This document shows, in pieces, positions 18,699-28,119 of a stretch of 64,000 bases of DNA. The number at the start of each line of letters is the position of its first letter. The first letter of the stretch is position 1. Location: positions 1-64,000 of the forward strand of contig JBBRSB010000021.1 of the NCBI GenBank assembly GCA_038245785.1, given 5' to 3'. This DNA comes from Gloeobacterales cyanobacterium (GTDB taxonomy: Bacteria > Cyanobacteriota > Cyanobacteriia > Gloeobacterales > PMM-0068). The notes under the pieces were generated by a model, which ran no database searches, had not been told where the DNA came from, and was given only the letters and a program-made list of their open reading frames with translations. A program made the translations under genes and the position numbers.

Positions 18699-18738
18699 TA
18701 TTTCTTTAGTTTGTAGTCTTTCTCGTTAAATAACTTTA
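18699..18738. repeat. 40-bp direct repeat, copy 2
   Basis: TATTTCTTTAGTTTGTAGTCTTTCTCGTTAAATAACTTTA. Confidence 0.9.
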
Positions 18739-19116
18739 TATCTCGGTTTCCAGCTCGTAGTGAAACACCTTGGAGATGATCTGCCAGCGACCGTCTACCT
18801 GGATCAGTGTTAGCAGATCGGTGAAGTGCTTTGGTGAGATCGAGCATTCGACGCGCGCCAGCGCCGTGACAGGCCCAGCGAACTGGATCGAAATGATGCG
18901 ATCGGTCCGTTCCTCGCCACGACTCGCTGGTGAAGGCCGCTTGTCTACGAGCGGGAAGTACTCGTCCATGCGAAGCATCACCAGCGGCTCGTCAGTCGCG
19001 CAGGCGTAGATTGCTGAAGGGTGGAAGACACGCCGCAGGATCTTCATATCGCTGCGGTACAGACCTTCGAAGTAATCCTTCAGGACCGCAATCACATCAT
19101 CGAAGGGAGCGTTCAT
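18736..19116 (-). CDS. NTF2-like / putative lumazine-binding family protein
   Basis: YFEGLY...FHPSA...FTDLLTLIQVDGRWQIISK; AGGAG RBS. Confidence 0.85.
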   Translation of the reverse strand: MNAPFDDVIAVLKDYFEGLYRSDMKILRRVFHPSAIYACATDEPLVMLRMDEYFPLVDKRPSPASRGEERTDRIISIQFAGPVTALARVECSISPKHFTDLLTLIQVDGRWQIISKVFHYELETEI

Positions 19117-19172
19117 GACTCCGCTGCTCCTTTACTTAGTTGATAACGGAGGATTCGCACCCTTACTACTTT

Positions 19173-20504
19173 TTACTTTTTCACCATGCCTTCATAGCGC
19201 TGAGAGATCACATAGGTCTGAATCTGTTTGGCGGTATCGATAGCGACCCCGACCAGGATCAGAATAGAAGTAGCGCCTAAACCACCAAAAGTGGTGATTC
19301 CCGTGGCCTGTTCTACCGCCGTAGGTACCAGGGCGACAACAGCCAGGAAGATGGCGCCAATGATCGTCAAGCGGTTAATAATCTTTTCTACGTAATCAGA
19401 AGTGTTCTTCCCTGGGCGCACCCCTGGGATCGAAGCCCCCATTTTCTTGAGGTTCTTAGATAGGTCTTCGGGATTGATTACCAGCGTGGAGTAGAAGTAG
19501 CTAAAGAAAACAATCAAGACGACGTAGAGAACGGTATGAATCCAGCTAGAAGGGCTCAAAGCGTTCGCAATCTGCGTGGTTATGTCGTTGTTGACAGATT
19601 GGGCTAGGGAAATAGGGAGAATTAAAAGCGAAGAGGCAAAGATAATCGGCATCACCCCGCCCTGATTGACACGCAGGGGAAGGTAGCTGGTTTCTTGCTT
19701 CTTATAGTTCATACCGCCTGGACCGACCTGGCGCTTAGCAGAAAGAATCGGAATCTTGCGCAGACCTTCTTGGACGAAGATAATCGCTGCAATCATCGCC
19801 AGGAAAGTAATCGCCAGGATCACAACTCCAGCAATCTTGGTACTATCTGCCTGGACAAGTTCTGCCGTTTTGCTAAAAGAGCTGGGTAAAGAAGCGACGA
19901 TGTTCACGAAAATCAGCAGAGAGGCTCCGTTGCCAATCCCTTTTTCGGTAACCAGCTCACTAAACCACATGACCAAGACAGAGCCAGCCGTAAGGATAGT
20001 AATGCACTGAAGAATGAAGAAGGGCGTGAAATTTTCTGGAGGAACGGCACCAGGAATATTCTTAAGGGCAAAAGTAATGCCGACGCTTTGGATGATGCCC
20101 CAGGCCAGTGCTAAATAGCGGGTGTATTGAGCAATCTGTTTACGGCCCTGCTCTCCTTCATCTTTCTGGAGCTTCTCTAGGGCCGGAATCACGGGGGTCA
20201 GTAGCTGCAGAATAATCGAAGCATTGATGTAGGGGATAATGCCCAGAGCAAAGACGCCTAGAATGCTAAATCCTCTGGAAAAGAGACTCAACAGTCCTGC
20301 CAGAGCGGCCAAACCGCCAGTCTCAAGGGCCTGCGAAAAAGCTTTTGTATCGACCCCTGGGAGAGGAACATGGTTTCCGAGCTGAACCAGAATCACAATG
20401 CCCAAGGTAAAAAGAATCCGTCCCCTCAACCCCGAAGCCTTGGCCATCTGAGCAAAGGTTTCCTGGGCACTGGCGCGTGAACCTGAGCCTCTGCTGGCTA
20501 CCAT
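19173..20504 (-). CDS. secY: Preprotein translocase SecY
   Basis: FALGIIPYINASII, GIGNGASL, GVMPIIFA, IPGVRPG. Confidence 0.98.
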   Translation of the reverse strand: MVASRGSGSRASAQETFAQMAKASGLRGRILFTLGIVILVQLGNHVPLPGVDTKAFSQALETGGLAALAGLLSLFSRGFSILGVFALGIIPYINASIILQLLTPVIPALEKLQKDEGEQGRKQIAQYTRYLALAWGIIQSVGITFALKNIPGAVPPENFTPFFILQCITILTAGSVLVMWFSELVTEKGIGNGASLLIFVNIVASLPSSFSKTAELVQADSTKIAGVVILAITFLAMIAAIIFVQEGLRKIPILSAKRQVGPGGMNYKKQETSYLPLRVNQGGVMPIIFASSLLILPISLAQSVNNDITTQIANALSPSSWIHTVLYVVLIVFFSYFYSTLVINPEDLSKNLKKMGASIPGVRPGKNTSDYVEKIINRLTIIGAIFLAVVALVPTAVEQATGITTFGGLGATSILILVGVAIDTAKQIQTYVISQRYEGMVKK

Positions 20505-20690
20505 AAATTTCTTTCCCCTGTTGCATACGTCGTTCTAAGTATCTATGTTAGCGTTCTACACCCCCTCTCCGCCTGCTTCGACCTATGGAAATCCCTAAGA
20601 AAGTAACAATATTTGGCACAGACACGGGCAGAACAAAGTAACATAACGCACAATAAAGAAAAGTAAACTGGAGGCGAGACGGCACGCCCT

Positions 20691-22934
20691 ATGGTTTCGA
20701 CAACCCCTACGATTGACCTTCCTTCTTGGCTTTCTCAGTGCATCCTCGAACATGATGCCGACCGTGGAAAGTATGACGTGGTATGCCGTGCGTTCCAGTT
20801 CGCTCATGACCTGCATGGTGGACAAGCGCGCGCTTCTGGAGAAGCCTATATTGTGCATCCGATCCAGGTGGCAACCATGCTCCGAGAGCTGGCCGGAGAT
20901 GATCCTGCCATGATTGCCGCCGGTTTTCTTCATGATCTATTAGAAGATACAGAAATTACTCCAGAAGAGATGGAGAATCGGTTCGGTGCCGAGGTTCGTC
21001 ATTTGGTAGAAGGAGTCACGAAACTTTCCAAATTCAGCTTTGAAAGCAAGACAGAACGTCAGGCAGAGAGCTTTCGGCGAATGTTCTTAGCAATGGCTAA
21101 GGATATCCGGGTGATTGTCGTCAAGCTGGCGGACCGTCTACACAATATGCGCACCCTGGAATATCTTGCTCCAGAGAAGCAGCGCCGCATTGCCCGCGAA
21201 ACGATGGATATCTTTGCCCCTCTAGCCAATCGCCTGGGGATCTGGCAATTCAAATGGGAACTGGAAGACCTCTCTTTCAAATATCTCCAGCCCGAAGCCT
21301 ACCAAGAGATTCGCAACCTAGTCGCCACTAAACGAACGGAACGAGAAGAGTTTATCCAGCAAGTAGTGTCTACCCTAAAAGAATCCCTGGTTGAGATCGG
21401 GGTCGAGAATGCAGAAGTTACGGGCCGACCAAAGCATCTCTGGGGCATCTATGAGAAGATGCAGCGCCAGCAAAAAGGATTTAACGAAATTTATGATGTG
21501 TCTGCCGTCCGTGTGATTGTTCACTCCGTAGACCAGTGTTATCGGGCCCTATCTGTCGTTCATAACCAGTTTCGTCCTATTCCTGGACGCTTCAAAGACT
21601 ACATTGGGCTACCGAAACCAAACGGCTATCAATCTTTGCATACGGCTGTCATTGGTTCAGAAGGGACTCCAGTAGAGGTGCAGATTCGGACCGACGAGAT
21701 GCATCGCATCGCAGAGTATGGAGTTGCGGCCCACTGGAAATATAAAGAATCGGGTTCCGTCACCGTTAAACCAGAGGAAGAGCGCTTTACCTGGCTCCGG
21801 TCCCTACTGGACTGGCAAGAAGACCTCAAAGATTCTCAAGAATACTTGCAATCGCTGAAAGAAAATCTCTTCGATTCGGAAGTTTATGTTTTTACGCCGA
21901 AAGGGGATGTGATTGAGCTGCCTCGGGGCGCTACTCCCATTGATTTTGCATATCGCATTCATACAGAAGTAGGCAATCGATGTACGGGCGCGAAGGTGAA
22001 TGGCCGGCTGGTGACCTTGGACACAGAGCTGAAGAATGGCGACATTATTCATATCCTGACGGCCAAGAATGCCCATCCCAACTTGGACTGGATCAATATC
22101 GTCACCACCAGTTCTGCCAAAAATAGAATCCGTCAGTGGTACAAGCGCTCGCACCGAGATGAAAATATTGCCCGTGGTCGAGAACTGCTAGAAAAAGAGT
22201 TGGGCCGTCCGCACTTAGAAGGTTTGCTGAAATCAGAACAGATGCAGCGCATTGCAGAACGCCTGAACTATCAAGCGCCGGAGGATCTCCTGGCGGCCTT
22301 AGGCTATGGAGAAGTGACGGTCGCCGCTGTCTGCAACAAGCTTCAAGAAAAAGCGCGTGAGCAGCAGAAGAAAGCAGCAGAAGTACCGGATAGTGCCGGT
22401 ATCACGCCTGAGCAAGTAGCGTCTCTGCTTCCGCCGATCCCGCGCAGTCTGCCCCGCAATGACCAGCCGATCCTTGGGGTCGAAGGCATCGTTTCCCACC
22501 TTGCCCGCTGTTGCAATCCCCTGCCTGGAGACCCCATCGTCGGGATCGTCACACGTTCCAGCGAACGGGGAATCACGATTCACTGCCAGAATTGCTCGAA
22601 TGTGGATAAGGTCAACTCAGAACAGTTGATCCCTGTCCAATGGAACCGCAACTACGTTGCGGGTAAGCCAACGACCTATGCTGTGGACGTCCAAGTGGAA
22701 GTTATTGACCGCGTGGGCGTACTCAAAGATATCTTGGACCGTTTGGTCGGAGAGCGGATCAATATCCGCAAAGCACAGGTGAAAACCTTTTCTACCCAAA
22801 CAGCCACTATTGACCTGTGTATCGAAGTGACGAACAAAGAACAACTTAGTCACACCATTGCCCAGGTGGAAAAAATCTCGGATGTGCTCCGGGTCCGCAG
22901 GTTGAATCGGGTGAGTGAAGGTCCTGCCAACTGA
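20691..22934 (+). CDS. spoT: Bifunctional (p)ppGpp synthetase/hydrolase
   Basis: HD domain, KLADRLHNMRT, YQSLHT, TGS and ACT domains. Confidence 0.96.
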   Translation: MVSTTPTIDLPSWLSQCILEHDADRGKYDVVCRAFQFAHDLHGGQARASGEAYIVHPIQVATMLRELAGDDPAMIAAGFLHDLLEDTEITPEEMENRFGAEVRHLVEGVTKLSKFSFESKTERQAESFRRMFLAMAKDIRVIVVKLADRLHNMRTLEYLAPEKQRRIARETMDIFAPLANRLGIWQFKWELEDLSFKYLQPEAYQEIRNLVATKRTEREEFIQQVVSTLKESLVEIGVENAEVTGRPKHLWGIYEKMQRQQKGFNEIYDVSAVRVIVHSVDQCYRALSVVHNQFRPIPGRFKDYIGLPKPNGYQSLHTAVIGSEGTPVEVQIRTDEMHRIAEYGVAAHWKYKESGSVTVKPEEERFTWLRSLLDWQEDLKDSQEYLQSLKENLFDSEVYVFTPKGDVIELPRGATPIDFAYRIHTEVGNRCTGAKVNGRLVTLDTELKNGDIIHILTAKNAHPNLDWINIVTTSSAKNRIRQWYKRSHRDENIARGRELLEKELGRPHLEGLLKSEQMQRIAERLNYQAPEDLLAALGYGEVTVAAVCNKLQEKAREQQKKAAEVPDSAGITPEQVASLLPPIPRSLPRNDQPILGVEGIVSHLARCCNPLPGDPIVGIVTRSSERGITIHCQNCSNVDKVNSEQLIPVQWNRNYVAGKPTTYAVDVQVEVIDRVGVLKDILDRLVGERINIRKAQVKTFSTQTATIDLCIEVTNKEQLSHTIAQVEKISDVLRVRRLNRVSEGPAN

Positions 22935-23018
22935 GCGCTTAGGCTTGAGAGAGAAGGAATCCTGGGGGATCGCTCGTACTATACTGTCGCAGGGAATGAA
23001 TAGTTTACAAATGGGACA

Positions 23019-23591
23019 ATGGCAATTTCCTTGATTTTGGCTTCTGAATCTCCGTATCGCAGAGAACTGCTACGCCAGATGGGTATTGAGTTTCGAGCGT
23101 TTGCCAGCCAGTACGCTGAGGTGATGGATAATGCTATGCCTCCTGATAAACTGGTGATACATAATGCCTTAGGCAAAGCGCTGGCGGTCCAGCAAGCCTA
23201 TCCAAGAGATTTAATTCTGGGCGCGGATACGATTGTTTTCCAAGATGGGCATGTGTTGGGAAAGCCCCATGACATGAAAAAGGCCACGGCCATGCTGCAG
23301 ATGCTGCAGGGTCGCTGGCACACCGTCCACACGGGCATGGTCTTGATTGAAGAGACTCAGCATTTGTTGCGCTGTGAGACGACTCGGGTCAAATTTCGTC
23401 CTCTAACCCTTCCACAGATTTGTGCCTACCTCGCTACCGGGGAATCCGTCAACGCAGCAGGGAGCTATTCGATCCTGGGAATAGGAGCTAGCTTGGTGGA
23501 AAAGATTGAGGGCTGCTACACCAACATCGTTGGCCTATCGTTGCCTGTTCTTGTCGATATGCTTTTGGAGTTCGACCGCCCTGTCCTGTAA
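23019..23591 (+). CDS. maf: Maf-family nucleoside triphosphate pyrophosphatase
   Basis: ILASESPYRRELL, GADTIV, GKP, NIVGL. Confidence 0.93.
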   Translation: MAISLILASESPYRRELLRQMGIEFRAFASQYAEVMDNAMPPDKLVIHNALGKALAVQQAYPRDLILGADTIVFQDGHVLGKPHDMKKATAMLQMLQGRWHTVHTGMVLIEETQHLLRCETTRVKFRPLTLPQICAYLATGESVNAAGSYSILGIGASLVEKIEGCYTNIVGLSLPVLVDMLLEFDRPVL

Positions 23592-23600
23592 GGTCCGTTC

Positions 23601-24242
23601 CTACTCTGTCTGAGTATCGTCAGCGCCTTCCTTTCCCTGGACATTCTTGATCGCATCAATAGCAGCCGCAGCCCCGACCATAATGTCGCGTTCTTCACCC
23701 CCAAGGTACATCCGCCCAAAACTGCCGAAGGGTAGTACTTCAAGGATATTAATGTTCGCTGCTTTTTCCGCTTCGTTTGCCGCTAGCGCAATATAGGCTG
23801 CAGGTTCAACTTCCATAACAAAAAGAGTTTGACCAGACAGGAGCATCTGACCGCGCTTAAAGCGGTTGATAATCTGGGTCTGGTGAGGATCAACGTTGCG
23901 GATAATCTGGCTAGAAATTACCTCAGGCTTAATCCGGTCCCGCTCAGATAGCTTCAAATACTCTAGGATTGCTCCGCCTGCAGTTTTAACTTCTCCCTGG
24001 CGATTGGAATGGAGCTCAAGACTTCCATAGAGGCGCTCGACCATCTGTAACCCAGGCCGCACCACCGCTGACTTCAGGGCAATGTCTGTGACTCGATTAA
24101 TCTCCATGCCCGGAGAAATTTCCACCCATAGCGAGGCATCGCCGGGTAAGGGCAGAAAGCCATGAGCAATCGTCCCTAGAAAGGCAGCGAATTGGTGTTG
24201 AAGACTATCAAGGTAGACGTAGCCGCGTAGTTGAGCACCCAA
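23601..24242 (-). CDS. ccmP: Tandem BMC-domain carboxysome shell protein (CcmP-like)
   Basis: [37 protein letters not shown]. Confidence 0.88.
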   Translation of the reverse strand: MGAQLRGYVYLDSLQHQFAAFLGTIAHGFLPLPGDASLWVEISPGMEINRVTDIALKSAVVRPGLQMVERLYGSLELHSNRQGEVKTAGGAILEYLKLSERDRIKPEVISSQIIRNVDPHQTQIINRFKRGQMLLSGQTLFVMEVEPAAYIALAANEAEKAANINILEVLPFGSFGRMYLGGEERDIMVGAAAAIDAIKNVQGKEGADDTQTE

Positions 24243-24382
24243 GATATTTTTTCGCAGAGAATAGGCCCATCATCCCACAAGTCTTCCCGGCTTTACAAAG
24301 CGCAATATTTTTCTGTTCTAATGTCCTGTCTTAAACTTGATGGAGGTTCCAGCTAAGATTGAGGACGCCCAGAAGTGGTTTG

Positions 24383-24630
24383 ATGAAGACAGATGCACTC
24401 TTTTATGAGCTTTTTCAAGAATTCCCGGAATTCTTTTTTGAACTGATTGGACAAACTTCTGAGGAAGCTCAGTACTACCGTTTCACTGCCACGGAGATTA
24501 AACAAACGGCCTTCCGGTTGGATGGTCTGTTTATGCCGACGCGCCCCGATAAGCCGCTGTATATTCTCGAAGTCCAATTCCAGAATGATCCTCAGTTCTA
24601 TGGTCGGCTCTTTGCAGAGATGTTTTTATA
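24383..24630 (+). pseudogene. Rpn/DUF2887 family protein truncated by IS481
   Basis: MKTDALFYELF...EIKQTAFRLDG...EVQFQ; ends at the IS left IR. Confidence 0.85.
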
Positions 24631-25717
24631 TGTGTGAATCACAAAGATGGTTGCCAGTTGAGAGATGGTAAAGTTCCCCTAATCGTGTGGGGAACTTGCC
24701 ATGGAGACAAAGGTCAAAATGCGTCTTGGCTGGGTGCAGCACTATGAAAAAACGGGCAATGTTAGCCTGACCAGCCGCTGTTGTGGTATTTCTCGCCCGA
24801 CCCTGCGCAAGTGGGTTAACCGCTACCAAGCAGAGGGATTGGAGGGGTTGCTTGACCGGAGTCACCGTCCCAAGCGATGCCCACCGAAAAAGGTGAATGC
24901 GCAACACCTGCTCTGGATTGGACAAATACGCAAACGCCGTCTAGGTGCCCGACGCATTCAAGGAGAGTTGCTGCGACTCCATCAAGTGTCTTTCTCTACG
25001 GCCACCATCCACAAAGTGCTCAAGCAACAGGGCTATGGGCTATTGAAGGCCACCCGTCGTCCCGGCAAAGGGCGTAAGCGCTATCAAAAAGACATTCCTG
25101 GAGAGCGGGTGCAAATGGACGTATGCAAGATTGGCCCGAAGCTCTATCAATTCACAGCTATCTCGGCTCCGCCTGCGGGACATGATGATTGCACACGCCT
25201 CAAAATTATTCGGCTCTACCCAAATAAGGCTTCAGCCAGCACCCTAGCTTTCTTAGAAATCATCATCGCTGAGTTTCCTTTTCCTATCCAACGACTGCAA
25301 ACAGACCGGGGAGAGGAATTTATGGCCCATGCTGTGCAACGACGATTAATGGAGTTGCATATAAAGTTTCGGCCTACAAAACCTCGTTCTCCTCATCTCA
25401 ACGGCAAAGTGGAGCGAACCCAGCGCACAGACTGGGAAGAGTTTTATAGCCAAGCGGACCTCGACTTCAAAGCTCCAGACCTGCCAGGGCAATTGCAGCA
25501 GTGGCAGGACTATTACAACCGGGAACGAAGGCATAGCTCTATCGGTAAGTCTCCCTGGCAAAAATTGCAAGAACTCGTTCCCTCGATTCCGACTCTAGAG
25601 CAGGTTAGGTCAATTTACCAGAGCTCAACAGAGCGAATCCGTCATGCCCACTATCAACGCGATATTGGCAAGGTTAGATGGGTTTGGTCGTTGTAAACCA
25701 TCTTTGCGATTCACACA
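24631..25717 (+). mobile_element. IS481-family element
   Basis: 22-bp TIRs TGTGTGAATC(A/G)CAAAGATGGTT; no target duplication. Confidence 0.92.
24701..25696 (+). CDS. IS481 transposase with 7-aa insertion (SAPPAGH)
   Basis: HTH, QTDRGEEF, NGKVER; TAI[SAPPAGH]DD. Confidence 0.9.
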   Translation: METKVKMRLGWVQHYEKTGNVSLTSRCCGISRPTLRKWVNRYQAEGLEGLLDRSHRPKRCPPKKVNAQHLLWIGQIRKRRLGARRIQGELLRLHQVSFSTATIHKVLKQQGYGLLKATRRPGKGRKRYQKDIPGERVQMDVCKIGPKLYQFTAISAPPAGHDDCTRLKIIRLYPNKASASTLAFLEIIIAEFPFPIQRLQTDRGEEFMAHAVQRRLMELHIKFRPTKPRSPHLNGKVERTQRTDWEEFYSQADLDFKAPDLPGQLQQWQDYYNRERRHSSIGKSPWQKLQELVPSIPTLEQVRSIYQSSTERIRHAHYQRDIGKVRWVWSL

Positions 25718-25816
25718 TTCCAGCAGAATCTTACGCTTGACTCCAGTCTTGGAATATTCAATGACATCCGCCCAACGAATTGCGGTAGTCTTCGATGACC
25801 TTATGGTCGCGGTCAT
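25718..25816 (-). pseudogene. Cupin-like protein N-terminus truncated by IS481
   Basis: MTAT...IEYSKTGVKRKILLE runs into the IS right IR; GAGG RBS. Confidence 0.55.
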
Positions 25817-25882
25817 AGGATTACCTCTTTAGGGTAGAGAGATTAATTTGAACGACAAGGACATTCGTGAATTGAGTATCTC

Positions 25883-26491
25883 TCAGTCAGTTACTAAGTC
25901 TGATGGCTGATTCCATCCCCCAGTGAAAACCAACTCAGTCAATGGTTTGCGGGTTCTAGGGGCGAGTTCCCTTTCTCGCAGCGATTCGGGTAAGGTTTTC
26001 GGATCGCCCAAATAACCAATTGCCATCATGGCCACTGGCTCCCAGTCCTCTGGAATACCAAATAGCGATCGCGCTTTGGCACCATCAAATCCTGCCATTT
26101 GGTGAACAAATAGATCTAGGGCGATTGCCTGAGTTGTCAGATTGCAAGCGGCTGCCCCCACATCGTGGAAAGCATGACGATTTTCTCTCCCGTCGTTGTC
26201 GAAGCGTAGTTTGGCAACCGACAACATCAGCACTGGAGCACTCTTCGCCCAGGATTGATTGAATTCGACGAGGCAACTGAATAGACGGTCATACTCTGCT
26301 GGCTGGTCTTGGGTGGCCACCATGAAGCTCCACGGCTGCTCGTTGTAGCAAGAGGCCGCCCATCGAGAGGCTTCCAACAAAATAAGCAATTTGTCTCGTT
26401 CAACGGTGCGATTTGAGAAAGCACGAGGGCTCCAGCGCCCACGAATCAAATCATGAACCGTATATTGATCATCAACTAGATTTTCGAGCAT
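25883..26491 (-). CDS. Nitroreductase family protein
   Basis: RWSPRAF, AASCYNEQPW, HQMAGFD. Confidence 0.93.
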   Translation of the reverse strand: MLENLVDDQYTVHDLIRGRWSPRAFSNRTVERDKLLILLEASRWAASCYNEQPWSFMVATQDQPAEYDRLFSCLVEFNQSWAKSAPVLMLSVAKLRFDNDGRENRHAFHDVGAAACNLTTQAIALDLFVHQMAGFDGAKARSLFGIPEDWEPVAMMAIGYLGDPKTLPESLRERELAPRTRKPLTELVFTGGWNQPSDLVTD

Positions 26492-26558
26492 GGACTTGCC
26501 TCGTTAGTATTAGTAAATGTTCATCCCCCTCCCCGGTAAGCGGCCCGGCGGTCCGCCG

Positions 26559-27554
26559 TCATGCAAGCTTCAAAATACGCTCGGCATTGCGAAAGCATAT
26601 TCGCTCTCGGTCTGTTTCACTGATCGGCGCTTCATTGATAAAGTGCGCCGCCTCTTGACTCGACTCGTATGGATAGTCAACAGAAAACAGGATTCGATCC
26701 GAACCGAGGGCCAAAATGGAGCAGAGAAGGGGCGGAAAGGAATCGACACCACTCGTTGTGATAACGACGTTGTCCCTAATGTATTGAGATGGCTGCTTGG
26801 CGAGAGTCTTCGTATGCGGCACGATCACATAGCGGCTATCGAGTCGCCAAAGGTCAAAGGGCAATCCCTCTCCCATGTGCCCGAGTATGACCGTCGTTTT
26901 AGGGAACCGATCAAAAACACCACCCACGATGAGTCGCATCACGTGGCTGGAAGTTTCGGTCTGCCACCCCCACATGGGTCCCGCTAATTCGGGGTAACCG
27001 CTCAGTACGACAGGCTCAACCTTCGGGTTAGCGGGGTGTAGGTAGATGGGTACGCCTAGATCTTGCGCCTGTTCCCAGACCGGGAAGAATTTTTCGTCGT
27101 CGAGGTATTCACCATTGGTGTGACCATTGATAAGCGCTCCCTTAAAGCCGAGTTGCTGTACCGCCCGTTCAAGTTCGGCGGCAGCTGCCGTGGGATCTTG
27201 CATTGGCAAATGGGCGAAGCCTGCGTAACGAGAGGGGTGTCGCTGAATGACTTTTGCCAGAAAGTCATTTACTTCTTTCGCCTTTCGCACAGCTACTGTG
27301 GCGTTAGGTTCGACCTGCACACCCGGCGTTGTAGCACTCAACACCGAGATATCAATTCCCGCCTTGTCCATCTCCTCCAACCTCAAGCCATCGAAGTCGA
27401 CTAGGCGTTTTTTGAAATCCTCCATTGGTTCTGGCGCCACGCCTTGCTCGGAGTTTGCGGAGTAGGATGCGAGCGCCTGCGTTAGGAAGTGTTCTTCCAG
27501 CGCTATTTTCTTGGTCTTTTTTTGCGGCGGAATGAAGATGCGGTCAAATCCCAT
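26559..27554 (-). CDS. Amidohydrolase-2 family (aromatic acid decarboxylase-like)
   Basis: IALEEH, YLHP, LGHMGE, FSVDYPYE. Confidence 0.9.
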   Translation of the reverse strand: MGFDRIFIPPQKKTKKIALEEHFLTQALASYSANSEQGVAPEPMEDFKKRLVDFDGLRLEEMDKAGIDISVLSATTPGVQVEPNATVAVRKAKEVNDFLAKVIQRHPSRYAGFAHLPMQDPTAAAAELERAVQQLGFKGALINGHTNGEYLDDEKFFPVWEQAQDLGVPIYLHPANPKVEPVVLSGYPELAGPMWGWQTETSSHVMRLIVGGVFDRFPKTTVILGHMGEGLPFDLWRLDSRYVIVPHTKTLAKQPSQYIRDNVVITTSGVDSFPPLLCSILALGSDRILFSVDYPYESSQEAAHFINEAPISETDRERICFRNAERILKLA

Positions 27555-27774
27555 GGGAAACCTCGCTTGTTTGGTGTTTAAAAGCTAAAGATGCGTCCCG
27601 GACAAGCGGGCGTATGTGCACCTCCACACAGAGAGAGGCCTTATGACGGATGTACGGGGGTTGAGTAGCACCGGAACAGAAAACCACGTTAAGGCTGAAA
27701 CAGCTACTGAGAAGGCGTTTCAAAAAGCAATTTTCAGAGCCTGGTAATTGGGTTAAGCCTCGCGCAACCCAACC

Positions 27775-28056
27775 GCCACCAGCGGCGGCGATGTCTCCAT
27801 CTGTCCGGTGCTGAGAACCCGGCAGTTGCACTTCGATGTCGTCCGCGATCGCCTTCACCCCAGCAATCCGTTTGGCGGTACGCACGGCTTCCCCTTTCTC
27901 CATATAGTTGGTGGCGTAGCCATTGAGTGTCACCGTGCTATCTTTCACCAGGACATCGATGTCTGTGACCTTGACCCCTGGCTCATATTTAAGCTCGGAA
28001 AGCACATCCGTCTTGAGTTCTGCATCAGTTCTCTTGATGATATTGATCATGGTCAT
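27775..28056 (-). pseudogene. BON-domain protein, 3'-truncated
   Basis: One BON domain and start of a second (TDGDIAAA), then a REP-like hairpin and unrelated sequence. Confidence 0.75.
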
Positions 28057-28119
28057 AGTCTGTGTCCTTTATTTACGTGTCGCTTGACTGGCTTGCTCGA
28101 TTAAAACCAATCGTCTTAC

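Noticed and set aside
27600..27775. C-terminal half of ORF 27544..28056; possible IS end or CRISPR leader-like sequence
   Set aside because: Non-homologous read-through after the BON truncation; no repeat-spacer array or transposase adjacent
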